Positions 31,816-43,179 are shown, counted from the first letter of the stretch. The stretch: 57,639 nucleotides of DNA from an uncultured virus (IMG/VR IMGVR_UViG_3300024999_000051) (IMGVR_UViG_3300024999_000051); one strand, 5' to 3'. Notes: generated by a model from the sequence alone, not told the origin. Program-made: numbers and translations.

Positions 31816-33549
31816 ATGGCAATACACACTAATTTTAGCAAGAAAAGTAGAAAAGAAAAAGAAGGTTCATTTGATAATTTTGACAGTTCTTATAGTCATG
31901 ATCCAATTAATGAAGAAAATATAAATATTGATGCGTGGTGTGAATTCATTTCCTATTACAGATATCATGTAGATGAGTTTGCTACTGAGATTTTGCAATT
32001 GAAGTTGTATCCATTCCAACGTCTTATATTAAGAGCTATGTCTAGGTATCAAAACTCAATGTTTATTGCTTGTAGAGGTTTGGGCAAAAGCTACCTTACA
32101 GCCGTATTTTTTATCTGTATTTCAATACTCTACCCGAATATTAAGCTGGGAATTGCGAGTGGAAATGGACAGCAAGCCCGTAACGTAATTATCCAAAAAA
32201 TAAAAGGTGAATTAATAAAGAATGAAAATATTGCAAGAGAAATAAACTTTCCAATTAAAACGGGGTCGGACGATTGCGTTGTCAATTTTAAGAATGGATC
32301 AGAAATTAGAGCAATAGTTTTAGCACAAAATCAAGGGGGAGATTCAGCTCGCTCGTGGAGATTTTCATACATTTTAATCGATGAGGCAAAATTAGTTCAA
32401 GATAAAATCACAGAAGAAATCCTAATTCCGATGACAAAAACTAAAAGACAAGCAGCCATCCATCATAATATGCCAGAAAAAGGAAAGGTTATTTTTATAT
32501 CATCTGCTCATTTAAAAATAACGGATCTATATAAAAGATTTAGATATCATTACAATAAAATGATAGAAGGTTCAAAAGATTATTATGTTTGTACTTTACC
32601 TTATCAGGTAGGTGTTCAGGCAGGAATATTTGAAGAAGATGATATATTAAAAGAATTAGATAAACCAACAATGTCAAAGGATAAATTTGATTATGAATAT
32701 AACGCAGTATTTGTTGGATCAAGTGGTGAAAGTTATTATCCTTATGAATTATCAGACCTTTGTAGAGTATTGGAAAAATGTGAAATCGAACAACCAAAAA
32801 AATCTAATTCTGAATATATTATAGTACATGACGTAGCTATTAGTTCAAGAAATAATTCCGACAATGCTTGTACTCATGTAATCAAATTAAAACCACGTAT
32901 AAATGGCACATATATAAAAGAGATTGTTTATACAAAAACTTATAATGGGGCAACTCTTCCTGAACAAATGCAATCTTTAAGAGAATTGGTTCATATAAAA
33001 TTTCCCAATACTATTAAATTAGTTGTAGATGTTAGAGGAAACGGAGAACCATTACCATCTTTATTTTATGAAACATGGGAACATGTAGATGAAAAAACGA
33101 AACAAATTATTGAATATCCTCCTTTAGTATTAGAAGATGATGAAAAAGGGAGAAGCATTAAGGGAGCTATCCCATTAATTAGAGGGATAGCAGCAACAAA
33201 TACTTTAAATAATACAATGTATACTTATATGAAAGCATGTTTTGAAAACAAGTCTATAAGATTATTGTTGCCATCTGAAGAAGTAGACATTCTATATAAA
33301 AATAATGACATTACAGAAGAACAATATTTAAGTTTTATACAAACAGATTTACTTATTCAAGAATTAAGCAATATTAAACAGGATACAAATGATAATAACA
33401 ATATTACATATGATAAGATTATTAAAACACATAAAAGGGATAGGGCAACGAGTTTAGCTTACGGATTATTAATAGTTAACGAAATGGAAGAAGCAAACAG
33501 AAAAGATAATACAGACTCAGATTTTGATTTCGTATTCTCGTATTCATAA
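31816..33549 (+). CDS. terL: Terminase large subunit
   Basis: LYPFQ, ACRGLGKS (Walker A), ILIDEA (Walker B), ISSA, HDVA and KRDRA nuclease motifs. Confidence 0.9.
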   Translation: MAIHTNFSKKSRKEKEGSFDNFDSSYSHDPINEENINIDAWCEFISYYRYHVDEFATEILQLKLYPFQRLILRAMSRYQNSMFIACRGLGKSYLTAVFFICISILYPNIKLGIASGNGQQARNVIIQKIKGELIKNENIAREINFPIKTGSDDCVVNFKNGSEIRAIVLAQNQGGDSARSWRFSYILIDEAKLVQDKITEEILIPMTKTKRQAAIHHNMPEKGKVIFISSAHLKITDLYKRFRYHYNKMIEGSKDYYVCTLPYQVGVQAGIFEEDDILKELDKPTMSKDKFDYEYNAVFVGSSGESYYPYELSDLCRVLEKCEIEQPKKSNSEYIIVHDVAISSRNNSDNACTHVIKLKPRINGTYIKEIVYTKTYNGATLPEQMQSLRELVHIKFPNTIKLVVDVRGNGEPLPSLFYETWEHVDEKTKQIIEYPPLVLEDDEKGRSIKGAIPLIRGIAATNTLNNTMYTYMKACFENKSIRLLLPSEEVDILYKNNDITEEQYLSFIQTDLLIQELSNIKQDTNDNNNITYDKIIKTHKRDRATSLAYGLLIVNEMEEANRKDNTDSDFDFVFSYS

Positions 33550-33587
33550 TATCAAACAAATCCCTAAAGAAAGGAGGTATCTCCAAT

Positions 33588-35228
33588 TTGACAAAAAAAA
33601 TAACCCCAACAGAATCAAACATCTCCTCCCAATCCGATTCTCCATCTTCAACTCAATTCTCAAATGAAATAGAATTAAACTCATTATCTTATAATTCATA
33701 TTCATTTTCAACAGGAAGACTAGATACAGATAATATCCCCATGAGTGATTTAAAACAATATGTCAAATATCCAATGATATATAATGAAATATTGAGAACT
33801 ATATCAAGACAATCCTATAGTTTAAATGGATTATATGGGCAAAGTATAGATCGGATGATAGCACTTCCTACATTATCTTATATTACTACATTAAGAAATA
33901 AAACTCCACAAATGAAAGATAATAAAACAAAGTTTAACACTTTACTTAAAATATTAAATATAGATCGTACAACAAGGGATATTTTAAGACATTTGTTTAT
34001 TGACGGTTCATATGTTGGAGTTTTGAGAGACACAACTTCGAGTAATAAAAATTTAGATACAGGTTCAATGACAGTAGAATCTCTTGATAGATTAGAAGGT
34101 TTGTCATTGGATGATAATTTTATGATTCAACCACTTGATTTAGATTATTGTAAGATAATTGGGTTTCAAAATAATGTTAGTATTGCTGCATTTGATATGA
34201 TTTATTTTGATCAATTTAAATATGGTGGATTATTAAATGAGATTAAGAATTATCCACGTAATTTTGTAAAAGCTTATATGGACTATAAGAAGGATGCTAG
34301 TAAAAGATGGTTTATTTTAGATTATAGAAAAACTATTGCTTTAAAAGCAAAAGCTAATGAAATCGATACATGGGGGATTCCATTTGGCATCTCAGCGTTT
34401 ACGGATATGAAATCAAGTCAAGATTATGATGATAGTCAATATCAATTAATTAGTGAATTAGCTAGTAGTATTTATTACATCATTCTCCCAGAGGGCGAAA
34501 AAAAAGGATCTTCTAGTCTAAATTCAACCCAACAAAAAGAAGTTATTGAAGCATTCAAGGGTGCAGTTAAAGTAAATACAAGTGGAAATGTTGCAAAAAT
34601 CTCAACTCTCAGCCTCGCTCCTGGAACAGAAATAAGTAGACTTAGTAAAGATTCTTCTTTAATAAAAGATACTTTAAGCGACGAGAATATGAAGAAAATA
34701 GCAACCGGATTAGGTATTGCTAGTTCTGCTTTAAATGCCGAAAGCAATAGTGCTAATCTGGGAAGTTTACAAATTAATTTAGATTTACTATCTGCTCAAG
34801 TATTTCAATATATTAATGAAATAGCAAGAGAAGAAACTAGAGTTATTAATGAACATTTAAATATTTTGCCAAACAGTTACATAGATATAAAATTTCTTCC
34901 AATTACATGGTTAAACAAGAAAGATGTTTATGATAAGGCAAAAGATTTGTATTTAACAGCAGGAGGAAGTAGAAAATTCTATATTGCTGCTAGTGGATTT
35001 GATCCAGAGGACTACCTTAGTATTTGTGACGAAGAAATTGAAGCTGGTTTTGATGAGCGATATCCTCCTCATATTACTAGTTATACAGCCACTGATAGTG
35101 CTGATACAGCAAATGAAGATGGCAATTTAGGAGGAAGACCTACAAAGGATAATTCAGAATTAAAAGAATCAGGTTTAATAACAAAAAACTTAAAAAGTAA
35201 CGAACAAAGAGTTGAGAACAAAAAATAA
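33588..35228 (+). CDS. Portal protein
   Basis: Position after TerL, size, WGIP and C-terminal GGRP. Confidence 0.75.
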   Translation: MTKKITPTESNISSQSDSPSSTQFSNEIELNSLSYNSYSFSTGRLDTDNIPMSDLKQYVKYPMIYNEILRTISRQSYSLNGLYGQSIDRMIALPTLSYITTLRNKTPQMKDNKTKFNTLLKILNIDRTTRDILRHLFIDGSYVGVLRDTTSSNKNLDTGSMTVESLDRLEGLSLDDNFMIQPLDLDYCKIIGFQNNVSIAAFDMIYFDQFKYGGLLNEIKNYPRNFVKAYMDYKKDASKRWFILDYRKTIALKAKANEIDTWGIPFGISAFTDMKSSQDYDDSQYQLISELASSIYYIILPEGEKKGSSSLNSTQQKEVIEAFKGAVKVNTSGNVAKISTLSLAPGTEISRLSKDSSLIKDTLSDENMKKIATGLGIASSALNAESNSANLGSLQINLDLLSAQVFQYINEIAREETRVINEHLNILPNSYIDIKFLPITWLNKKDVYDKAKDLYLTAGGSRKFYIAASGFDPEDYLSICDEEIEAGFDERYPPHITSYTATDSADTANEDGNLGGRPTKDNSELKESGLITKNLKSNEQRVENKK

Positions 35229-35254
35229 TTTAAATAATAAAAAGTTGAAAGGAG

Positions 35255-36925
35255 GTGATATGTTTTGTGAATAATTCAATCATAAACTCTGATAATACAT
35301 ATATAGAAATTTGTGAAATGTCCGAAGAAGATGTTGCAGGAAGAGCAAAAATTCGTATGTCTAGTCATTTTATCCACCCAGAAGCAGGTAAGTGGAATAA
35401 GAATGGAATCACATGGCTTGAACAATATACTCAAGATAATATAAAATCTGCTATAGGAATGAATTATGTGGTGTCTTGGGCAGATGAGGAAAATCAAATT
35501 CCTTCAGGACACGGAGAAATGAGTTTTGATGAAGATGGCAATGTTAAATTTGAAGGCGTTGTTGTCGGAAGTGTATTAGATGCTTATGTTTGTGATGTAG
35601 AAATTGATGGACAAATAAAAAAGGTAATGATGACAGAAGGATATATTAATTCACAAAGATACAGTCTTTTTGTAAAATGGTTAAAAGAAGAAATTAAAAA
35701 TGGCAAAGTTTATGGTTCTATTGAGATAAATGGAAAAGGAAAATCTAAAAATATTGTATATCTTGATGGAAACAAGAATATCGATGGAACTTTAAAAATG
35801 GGCCGTTGTCCCACAGTTTTTGATTTTTCTGGACTGGCAATATTGTCAAGTTTAGAAAATCAGGCTGATGATGACTCAATTGTTTTTGAGGTTAATTCTA
35901 AACAGGATGATCTTGATATAAATAATAATCCAACATCAGAAACAGGAAAGGAGGACAATATATTGCCAGATGATAACAATATTCCAAATAACGCATCAAT
36001 CGAAATAAACGAATTAGATATCAATGATCTTGCAACCTTAATTCAAAATGCATTTAATAGAAAATTCACTATTGAAAATTCAGATTCAGAAAATGATTAC
36101 CATTATTATTATATTCATAAGTTTTATCCAACTAATTCAACTTTTGTAATGAAAAGTTATAGTTGTACAGGGGAATATTATGGAAGCTCTTATACAGTGG
36201 AAAATTCTAAGGTTATTATTGGCAACATTATTAAAGTCGAAGAAGGGTGGAAACCAGTTGATGGTGAACAGTTTGTCGAAGTTAATAATACGCTGATTAA
36301 TATATTAAATAATCAAACGAAGGAGGAAAATAAAAAAATGGATGAAAAAATTGTATTAGAACTTAATCAAAAAATCGAAGATAAAATTAATGAAATTAAT
36401 ACTCTTACGAATTCCCTAGAACAAAAAGGAGTAGAAATTAATTCATTAACTAAATCTTTGGAGGAAAAAGCAACAGAAATTAATGCTCTAGTTGAAAAAA
36501 CACAAGAACTAGATAATAAAGTAGTTGAACTAAACACCAGTATTGTAGAGGTTAATAAATTACTTGAATCTGAAAAAGCAGAAAAAGAATCTCTTACTGT
36601 CGAAGTAAATTCTTTTAGAGAAGAAAAAATTAAAGCAGATTCAGAAGCAAAAATTGCAGAAGTCAATGCTTATTTTGAAACAGAAATTACTAAGAATGGT
36701 TTTGAAGAAAGCGAAGTTAATTCTTTGAAAACTTTTGTAGAAGCAATTGATTTAGAAGGATTAAAGAAAGCAGAAGCAGAACTTTGTGCAAAGAAATTTA
36801 AAGAAATGATTGCATCTCAAGATAACACTGATGTTGAAACTAACACTAAGAATGATATGTTCATTTCAATTAAAGAGAAAGAAATGAAAAAAGTTCCTGG
36901 TAGTATCCCATCTTTCTTTAACTAA
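35255..36925 (+). CDS. Prohead protease-scaffold fusion (yonD-like; likely start GTG 35267)
   Basis: NKNG, GSIEI, FSGLAIL protease-like N-terminus; EIN/EVN coiled-coil C-terminus. Confidence 0.75.
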   Translation: MICFVNNSIINSDNTYIEICEMSEEDVAGRAKIRMSSHFIHPEAGKWNKNGITWLEQYTQDNIKSAIGMNYVVSWADEENQIPSGHGEMSFDEDGNVKFEGVVVGSVLDAYVCDVEIDGQIKKVMMTEGYINSQRYSLFVKWLKEEIKNGKVYGSIEINGKGKSKNIVYLDGNKNIDGTLKMGRCPTVFDFSGLAILSSLENQADDDSIVFEVNSKQDDLDINNNPTSETGKEDNILPDDNNIPNNASIEINELDINDLATLIQNAFNRKFTIENSDSENDYHYYYIHKFYPTNSTFVMKSYSCTGEYYGSSYTVENSKVIIGNIIKVEEGWKPVDGEQFVEVNNTLINILNNQTKEENKKMDEKIVLELNQKIEDKINEINTLTNSLEQKGVEINSLTKSLEEKATEINALVEKTQELDNKVVELNTSIVEVNKLLESEKAEKESLTVEVNSFREEKIKADSEAKIAEVNAYFETEITKNGFEESEVNSLKTFVEAIDLEGLKKAEAELCAKKFKEMIASQDNTDVETNTKNDMFISIKEKEMKKVPGSIPSFFN

Positions 36926-37043
36926 GTTTTAGAAAGTAAAGATAAATATACAGTTAATGTCAACAATATGTAATAATGGTTAATTAATTGTAAGTTAGTG
37001 GTAAAATTAATAACAAAAATAAAAAGAAATGAGGTAATTAATA

Positions 37044-37565
37044 ATGAGTTTATTTAAATTCCATGATTCAAATTTTCTTAATGTATCCAACAAACCTAAT
37101 GTAAAGGCAATTGCAGATACATATAATGGTTATCAGTTCAATGTTACATCTGATGTTCAGGTATTAGTTCCAGATTTAGCTACAGCAAAATTAGGTGATA
37201 TTTATGTTATGTGCAATATCATTGATAAGCCTGAAATCATCAATACAGATTCCTATAAAGTTGTTGCAAATGAGTATATTCGTGCATTTAGACTTAAAGA
37301 CATGGTAGGACTTCAACTTGATATGAGTGCTGATTTAGTTACTGATGCTTTTGCAGATGTTGCAGTTGGTGCTTTTGTCATTGGACGTTCTGTAGCAGAT
37401 ACTACAAATGTAATGAAATGGACAAAAACAGCAGATCCTTCTGCGTATGAGGTTTATCTTAAAGTAATTAAGAAAACTACTTTTGGTGCGTTTACTATTG
37501 ATGCAGGTGGTGGAACTGTTGCTGGTGGTTATGTTGTAGAAGTAATGGCAAACGATAATCTGTAA
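37044..37565 (+). CDS. Probable capsid decoration protein
   Basis: Position between scaffold and major capsid genes. Confidence 0.55.
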   Translation: MSLFKFHDSNFLNVSNKPNVKAIADTYNGYQFNVTSDVQVLVPDLATAKLGDIYVMCNIIDKPEIINTDSYKVVANEYIRAFRLKDMVGLQLDMSADLVTDAFADVAVGAFVIGRSVADTTNVMKWTKTADPSAYEVYLKVIKKTTFGAFTIDAGGGTVAGGYVVEVMANDNL

Positions 37566-37684
37566 GTTATGAGATTATAGATTATTGTATGTGCTATTTG
37601 TAATGAATATATAATATTTTTTGATTAATGTCAAATAATTTAATTGTAATAAATAATTAATAAGAAAGAAAAGAGGTATTAACA

Positions 37685-39056
37685 ATGAGTTTTGGAATAG
37701 ATTTTACAAATTTTCAAGCAAATGCAGAACAAGTGGAAATTAATAAAAACGTTAAGAATATGTTACCGAATATTGTTAAAAACGAGAATGTGGAGATTTT
37801 CACCAATATTTTATATGGTAAAGATGTATCTAAGTATGGTAAAAAAGTTGATACGGTAATGGATAAGATTAAGATGTTAGCAACTGCTGCTAATGATGGT
37901 AATTCTCAAGCTACAACAGAATTGAACGCAATTCGGACTATTACTATTCAACAACCTCTTGAAAAAAGACTGGCAATCAATAGTGCAATGGGGACAGTTA
38001 CAAAAGTTGGATTTAATGAAGAAATGCATTATGAAGTATATGAGATGCAAGGTCAAAAATCAAGAATCCAAGCATCTTCTGGTTCTTTTGTATTCCCAAC
38101 TGTTAAGAAAAGAACTGGTATTATGACCACTCAAACTTCTACTGGTGGAGTGCTAGTTGATTATAGAGAGTTACAATCTGGAGCTACAGATGGATTTGCA
38201 ATGGCAAATGAACAAGTCGTTACAGATTTAACAAATCAAATGGTTCTCTCTCACATCAATGCTCTGAGAGCAGGAATTACTGCTGCTACCACTTTAAAGA
38301 ACTACAGCGAGGGGATTACTAAGACTAATGTTGAAAATACAAGAAAATTAGCAAAACGTTTTGGTACTTCTGTAACAATTATGGGAGATTACAGTGCAGT
38401 AAATAAACTTGGGGATCTTGCTAATTTTAGTGTTGTGGCTGCTGGCACAGAATTTAGATTCCCTGAATCCGTAATGGAAGAAGTAATGAAAACTGGTCTT
38501 ATTAAAGTGTATAAAGGAAGTATAGTAGTTGAATTGCCAAATTCTTACAATATGATCGATCTTAATACTGCTGGAGATTTTTATGCTCCTCAATTACCTA
38601 CAACTGATTTATGGTTTTTGCCACAAGGTATTATGAGTCCTTTACAAATAGGTCTTAAAGGTAATTTAACTTCCATGGAAGGCACAGACCTAAATTCTAG
38701 GAGTCGTGCCATTCGTTATGATTGGGAATTCGGTGAATAATTGCCGACTTAGACAGAAATGTTTAATGTAAAAATCGCGGTATTAAGCTGGAACCCTGAA
38801 ATGGGAATCAGAACCGAAGGCTAATCTAAGATTAGTCAGGGGCAACGCATAGGAAGTGAATAAATATAATCTTCCCACGAGTCCGCGACACCTTATCAAG
38901 TTTTTCTTGAAGGTGAAAAGATATGCTGAACTTATACGAAGAAAAAGTATAAGAACTACAGGATAAAAAGCTTGTAGGGTAACAAAATTGAATTATTTGG
39001 TTCCTGAATATATTCCAATGGTTGGATATATTTATGACTCTGCTTTAGCTGAGTAA
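37685..39056 (+). CDS. Major capsid protein, spliced: exon 1 37685-38734, exon 2 38991-39056 (371 aa)
   Basis: Position and size; splicing gives ...RYDWEFG|NYLVPEYIPMVGYIYDSALAE*. Confidence 0.8.
38735..38990 (+). ncRNA. Group I intron, 256 nt, no internal ORF
   Basis: Exon ends in U, intron ends in G; P1 TCGGT/GCCGA with U-G; P10 AATAATT/AATTATT; core AAGCTGGAAC, AATCAG, GCAACGCATAG, AAGATATGCTGAAC; P3 TCGCGG/CCGCGA. Confidence 0.9.
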
Positions 39057-39193
39057 TATTAAACAAATTTTATAAAAGGTAGGTATTAATTAAGATTGCA
39101 AGCCTAATTAATTACTGATAAGAGTGGTTTTCCTAGACCACTCTTCTTTTATTTTATAAAAAATTAGGGAGTGATTCTAAGGAGGAATTAAAA

Positions 39194-40825
39194 TTGGCAA
39201 CAAAACTTACATATCAAATCATTAAAAACTATATAAATAGCGAAGAAACAGGAAATGGTTGTAGTCTAAAAACTACAGAAGAAGAATTTAATCAAGCGAA
39301 GATAGATCAAAACAAAAATAGTTCACATGTAGTAATATTTATGAAATGTAAATGTGGAAATAATATTGAGAAATCTTATGATAATTTTAAATACTCTAAG
39401 AAGCAATGTAATAAATGCTCTGGATTAGAAAGAAGGACTAATGAAGAAGTTAAATATTTCATAGAAATAGAATCTCAATCAAATTGCAAGTTATTATCAG
39501 AATATACTATTGCAACTGATTTATTAGATTTAGAATGTGGTTGTGGAAGGCCATTTAAGAAAAGTTGGAATAAGTTTTATAGTTGTAATCAAAGAACATG
39601 TAATGAGTGTAGCAATAAATTATCAGGAGAAAAACATAAAATACCTTATAAAGATATAAAGCATTATATAGAGATTGAAAGTAATAGTGGTTGTGAGTTA
39701 ATAACAACTGAAGATGAATATGTAAACACACATCTAGATATTGATATTAAATGCAAATGTGAAAACCCTTTTACTACATCTTTTAAGCAATTTAAAGGAG
39801 AACAATCTAAAAAGCAACATTGTGATGATTGTGGCAATAAAGCAAGAGGAGAAAAACTGAGTAAACCATATATAGAAGTTAAAAATACTATAGCAATCAA
39901 TGGTTGCGAATTATTAACTACTATTGAAAATTATGAAAATTCTAATTCTCTTTTGGAAATCAAATGTAATTGTGGTAAACCATTTGAAACAACATACAAG
40001 ATGTTTTCAAGGAAAATTGGTGCAAAAGACAAATGTGATGATTGTGCATTAATTAATTTTAAAAAATTAAATAAAATACCTTATAACGAAGTATATGATT
40101 TATTTAAAATTGAGAATTGTATATTATTAACTTCCGAGCAAGAATATTATACTACTCCAGATGATGACAATAAATTAAGTTATAAATGTTCTTGCGGAAA
40201 TAATAAACCATCTTTTATTTCTTTAGCTCACTTTAAAGGTGGTGAGAGGTGTAGAAGTTGCTTAAGACAGAGAGTTAAAGATACCAATCTCAAAAATAAT
40301 GGAGTAGAGTATCCTATGCAAAATCCAGAAATAAAAGAAAGAAATAGGCAATCTTTATATAAAAATGGAACTGCAAGATGTAGTAGGCAACAAAAATACA
40401 TACACAATCTTATAGGAGGAAAACTCAATTACCCATTTAAAGGATCTTCTCTTGATGTAGCATTTCCAGATGAAATGATTTATCTAGAATATGATGGTTC
40501 TGGGCATAGAATGAGTGTAACACTTGGAACATTTACAGAAAAAGAATTCATAAAAAGAGAAAGAAATAGAACCTATGGGTTACTACGTTCTGGTTGGAAA
40601 GAAATTAGAATCATTAGTGAAAAAGATGACCTAATCCCATCAGACCAAAAACTTCTAGAAATTCTATTATACGCACGTACATACCTCAATCAAAATCATC
40701 ATTATATTAAATTCGACATTGACAATTCAAAAATAATTAATTCTCAAGGTGAATTTGATTATGATTTTGGCGAACTAAGAAGAATCAAATCAACTGATAT
40801 TATAGAAATTCAAGTAGCAATATAA
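39194..40825 (+). CDS. Free-standing endonuclease: Zn-finger repeats plus Vsr/PD-(D/E)XK-like C-terminus
   Basis: Five CxCG..CxxC repeats; LDVAF..YLEYDGSGH..GWKEIRI. Confidence 0.75.
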   Translation: MATKLTYQIIKNYINSEETGNGCSLKTTEEEFNQAKIDQNKNSSHVVIFMKCKCGNNIEKSYDNFKYSKKQCNKCSGLERRTNEEVKYFIEIESQSNCKLLSEYTIATDLLDLECGCGRPFKKSWNKFYSCNQRTCNECSNKLSGEKHKIPYKDIKHYIEIESNSGCELITTEDEYVNTHLDIDIKCKCENPFTTSFKQFKGEQSKKQHCDDCGNKARGEKLSKPYIEVKNTIAINGCELLTTIENYENSNSLLEIKCNCGKPFETTYKMFSRKIGAKDKCDDCALINFKKLNKIPYNEVYDLFKIENCILLTSEQEYYTTPDDDNKLSYKCSCGNNKPSFISLAHFKGGERCRSCLRQRVKDTNLKNNGVEYPMQNPEIKERNRQSLYKNGTARCSRQQKYIHNLIGGKLNYPFKGSSLDVAFPDEMIYLEYDGSGHRMSVTLGTFTEKEFIKRERNRTYGLLRSGWKEIRIISEKDDLIPSDQKLLEILLYARTYLNQNHHYIKFDIDNSKIINSQGEFDYDFGELRRIKSTDIIEIQVAI

Positions 40826-40881
40826 ATACAAATAAAAACAAAACAAAATAATAGAGGGTAAAATGGAGGGAATAAATAATT

Positions 40882-41367
40882 ATGGCAATTGATATGAATA
40901 GTAGGTCAAAGGTACAAAACTTATGTGATTGGAATGTCTCATGGGAGAGGTTTTCCATGGACGGAGATGAATTCATAAAAGCAAATCAGACAGTGTATAT
41001 TCCAAATATGGAGATTGAAACACAGGTGCAAAACAACAATCTATTTTTTGTTGGATCAGGGAATGGAGATCACAGTAGGGTTTATATTCATAATCCAGAA
41101 ATGAGAGAACATCTTGGTTTTGACAACAAAGAAGAAAAGCGAACTCAACTAATTCTAAGTGATGAAAAATGCAAAGAAATATTTGATTATAAAACTTTCA
41201 GCACTTTCAAAAAACATGTAACTGAAAATATCATTACAAATCAAGAAAAATCAAAAATAGTTAATTATGCTAAGAAAAATAAGATAAATAATTATGATCA
41301 GATACAGTATTTAATTGAATTCACAGGTCTTTCATTTAAAACTGATAAAAATGATGATAAAGAATAA
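40882..41367 (+). CDS. Hypothetical virion-module protein
   Basis: GGAGG RBS; position after capsid gene. Confidence 0.65.
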   Translation: MAIDMNSRSKVQNLCDWNVSWERFSMDGDEFIKANQTVYIPNMEIETQVQNNNLFFVGSGNGDHSRVYIHNPEMREHLGFDNKEEKRTQLILSDEKCKEIFDYKTFSTFKKHVTENIITNQEKSKIVNYAKKNKINNYDQIQYLIEFTGLSFKTDKNDDKE

Positions 41368-41396
41368 ATATAATAAATCATTGGAGGTGATATAGT

Positions 41397-42077
41397 TTGG
41401 GAACTTTACTCCAGAAAATATATGATAAATTTTTCATAAAAGTATCTGATGTGGATTTCACTTATAAGCAAGATTTAGTTTATGAGTTTTTTGAAACTGC
41501 TGTGGGGTATAGCTACAAAACTACACCACATGATTTGAGTTATACTTTGTATTCTAATAATGCAGTTTTAATAATTTATGATGTAATAGAAAATAGTGGA
41601 GATATAACTCTTCAAATTAACTCTGATACATATACAATTGCTTTATTAAATACTGATACAAAATTTCAAATAGCAACAAAAATAAAGTCTACTATTGAAG
41701 TAAATTATACAGTAGTATTAGATGATATTGAAAATCCTATGTTAACAATCACTAAACCACTTACAGATAATATTGTGGTAACATTTACTAATACAGATAA
41801 TACCAATTTAAATCTAATAATTAGTAAAACATATGATGGCATAATGAATAATGACTTAGATATAGATGAGATTGAATTAATTTCATTAAATATGAAAAAA
41901 GCATATTTAGATTATTTATTAAAACCATTATCTCGATTAAAAAAGCAAATTGGAACCAAAGATTTTAATCGTTTGGAAAGTAAAGTAGAAGAATTAAAAG
42001 TTTATTCATTAATGTTAAGTAATTTAAAGGAAGAGATTAAAGATTTTAGACAAGAATTTAATTCCTATTTAAATTAG
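41397..42077 (+). CDS. Probable head-tail adaptor
   Basis: Position; IYDKF..GTKDF. Confidence 0.5.
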   Translation: MGTLLQKIYDKFFIKVSDVDFTYKQDLVYEFFETAVGYSYKTTPHDLSYTLYSNNAVLIIYDVIENSGDITLQINSDTYTIALLNTDTKFQIATKIKSTIEVNYTVVLDDIENPMLTITKPLTDNIVVTFTNTDNTNLNLIISKTYDGIMNNDLDIDEIELISLNMKKAYLDYLLKPLSRLKKQIGTKDFNRLESKVEELKVYSLMLSNLKEEIKDFRQEFNSYLN

Positions 42078-42087
42078 GTGGTAAAAA

Positions 42088-42309
42088 ATGAATAATAACA
42101 ATAAGAAAATATTAATTAAAACTCCAAATTGCGAAATGAGCTTAGAAGATTTATGTAAGAAAGAATATTTAAAAATAAACAATCTTATGCATATGATTGA
42201 GAAACAATTTGATATTTCTTTGCATGATTATCCTGAACTTAGAGGTGAGATTCTAGACATAAGCAATTTTATTAAGAGAATACCCTACTTACAAAGGGAA
42301 ATTATGTAA
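42088..42309 (+). CDS. Hypothetical protein
   Basis: AGGTGG RBS. Confidence 0.65.
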   Translation: MNNNNKKILIKTPNCEMSLEDLCKKEYLKINNLMHMIEKQFDISLHDYPELRGEILDISNFIKRIPYLQREIM

Positions 42310-42372
42310 TTAAATAATATAAGTCATAATGATAAAAATCATAACAAAATAATCAAAAAGGAGGAAAGAAAA

Positions 42373-43179
42373 ATGGGATATAGTGATTCTGAATTTAGTA
42401 GAATATCTCAAAGTGAAGAAGCAACTATAGATGGCGTAACTGCTGGAACAGTATTAGCTTCAAAAGCAATTGTTGCAGGGACAAATAAAAATGTTGATGT
42501 GTTGGCAATTGCAGATTTAAAATTGGGAGCTGGAGCAGGAACTTCTGTAACTGCTAATGCTACACAAATTAATTCTTTGATTAATTTTCCTGGAACCATG
42601 TCAACAGCAGTAATTGATTTTAACGCGACTGGTGAACCTGCAATGAAAGTAGTCATAAATGGTGTTGATTATCAAGAAGCAGATGTAGCTGTAGTAACAA
42701 CAGGTGTCTGGACTAATGGTGCAAGTGCTGCAAACTCTGCTACAAGTTTGGTTGCTGCAATTAATGGTGATACAAGAGCAACAGTTCCTTTTACAGCATT
42801 TTTATCTGCTGATGGTGCAAGTGTAATTCTCACATGGGATGCTATAGGCGTTGCAGGAAATGTAACTATTACTACTACAAGTGCAGCGAACTGTACTGTG
42901 GAAAATTCAGTTGGTGGAACTGCATCTGGTATAAAACAAATGGTTGTTGTAGATCGCATTGTTACTGCACAAGATGTATTAGCACTTGAAACTAATATAC
43001 CTTTGCCATTTGTGCCAACTAAAATATTAGTTAATTATTTTGATGCAGATGGAATTTTGCTTGGTACAATTACAGATAAGGCATCCATCCAAGCAAATCC
43101 AAATCGTGTTCGTGTACTACAAGCTGGTGCAACTCATTTGGCTGCTACTAATGTAATTCAGGTAATGGCTGTAGAATAG
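42373..43179 (+). CDS. Ala/Thr/Gly-rich structural protein (head fibre or decoration?)
   Basis: Composition and position; AAGGAGG RBS. Confidence 0.55.
   Translation: MGYSDSEFSRISQSEEATIDGVTAGTVLASKAIVAGTNKNVDVLAIADLKLGAGAGTSVTANATQINSLINFPGTMSTAVIDFNATGEPAMKVVINGVDYQEADVAVVTTGVWTNGASAANSATSLVAAINGDTRATVPFTAFLSADGASVILTWDAIGVAGNVTITTTSAANCTVENSVGGTASGIKQMVVVDRIVTAQDVLALETNIPLPFVPTKILVNYFDADGILLGTITDKASIQANPNRVRVLQAGATHLAATNVIQVMAVE

Noticed and set aside
37685..38740. Major capsid protein ending at 38740 as in the ORF track
   Set aside because: That stop codon lies inside the group I intron
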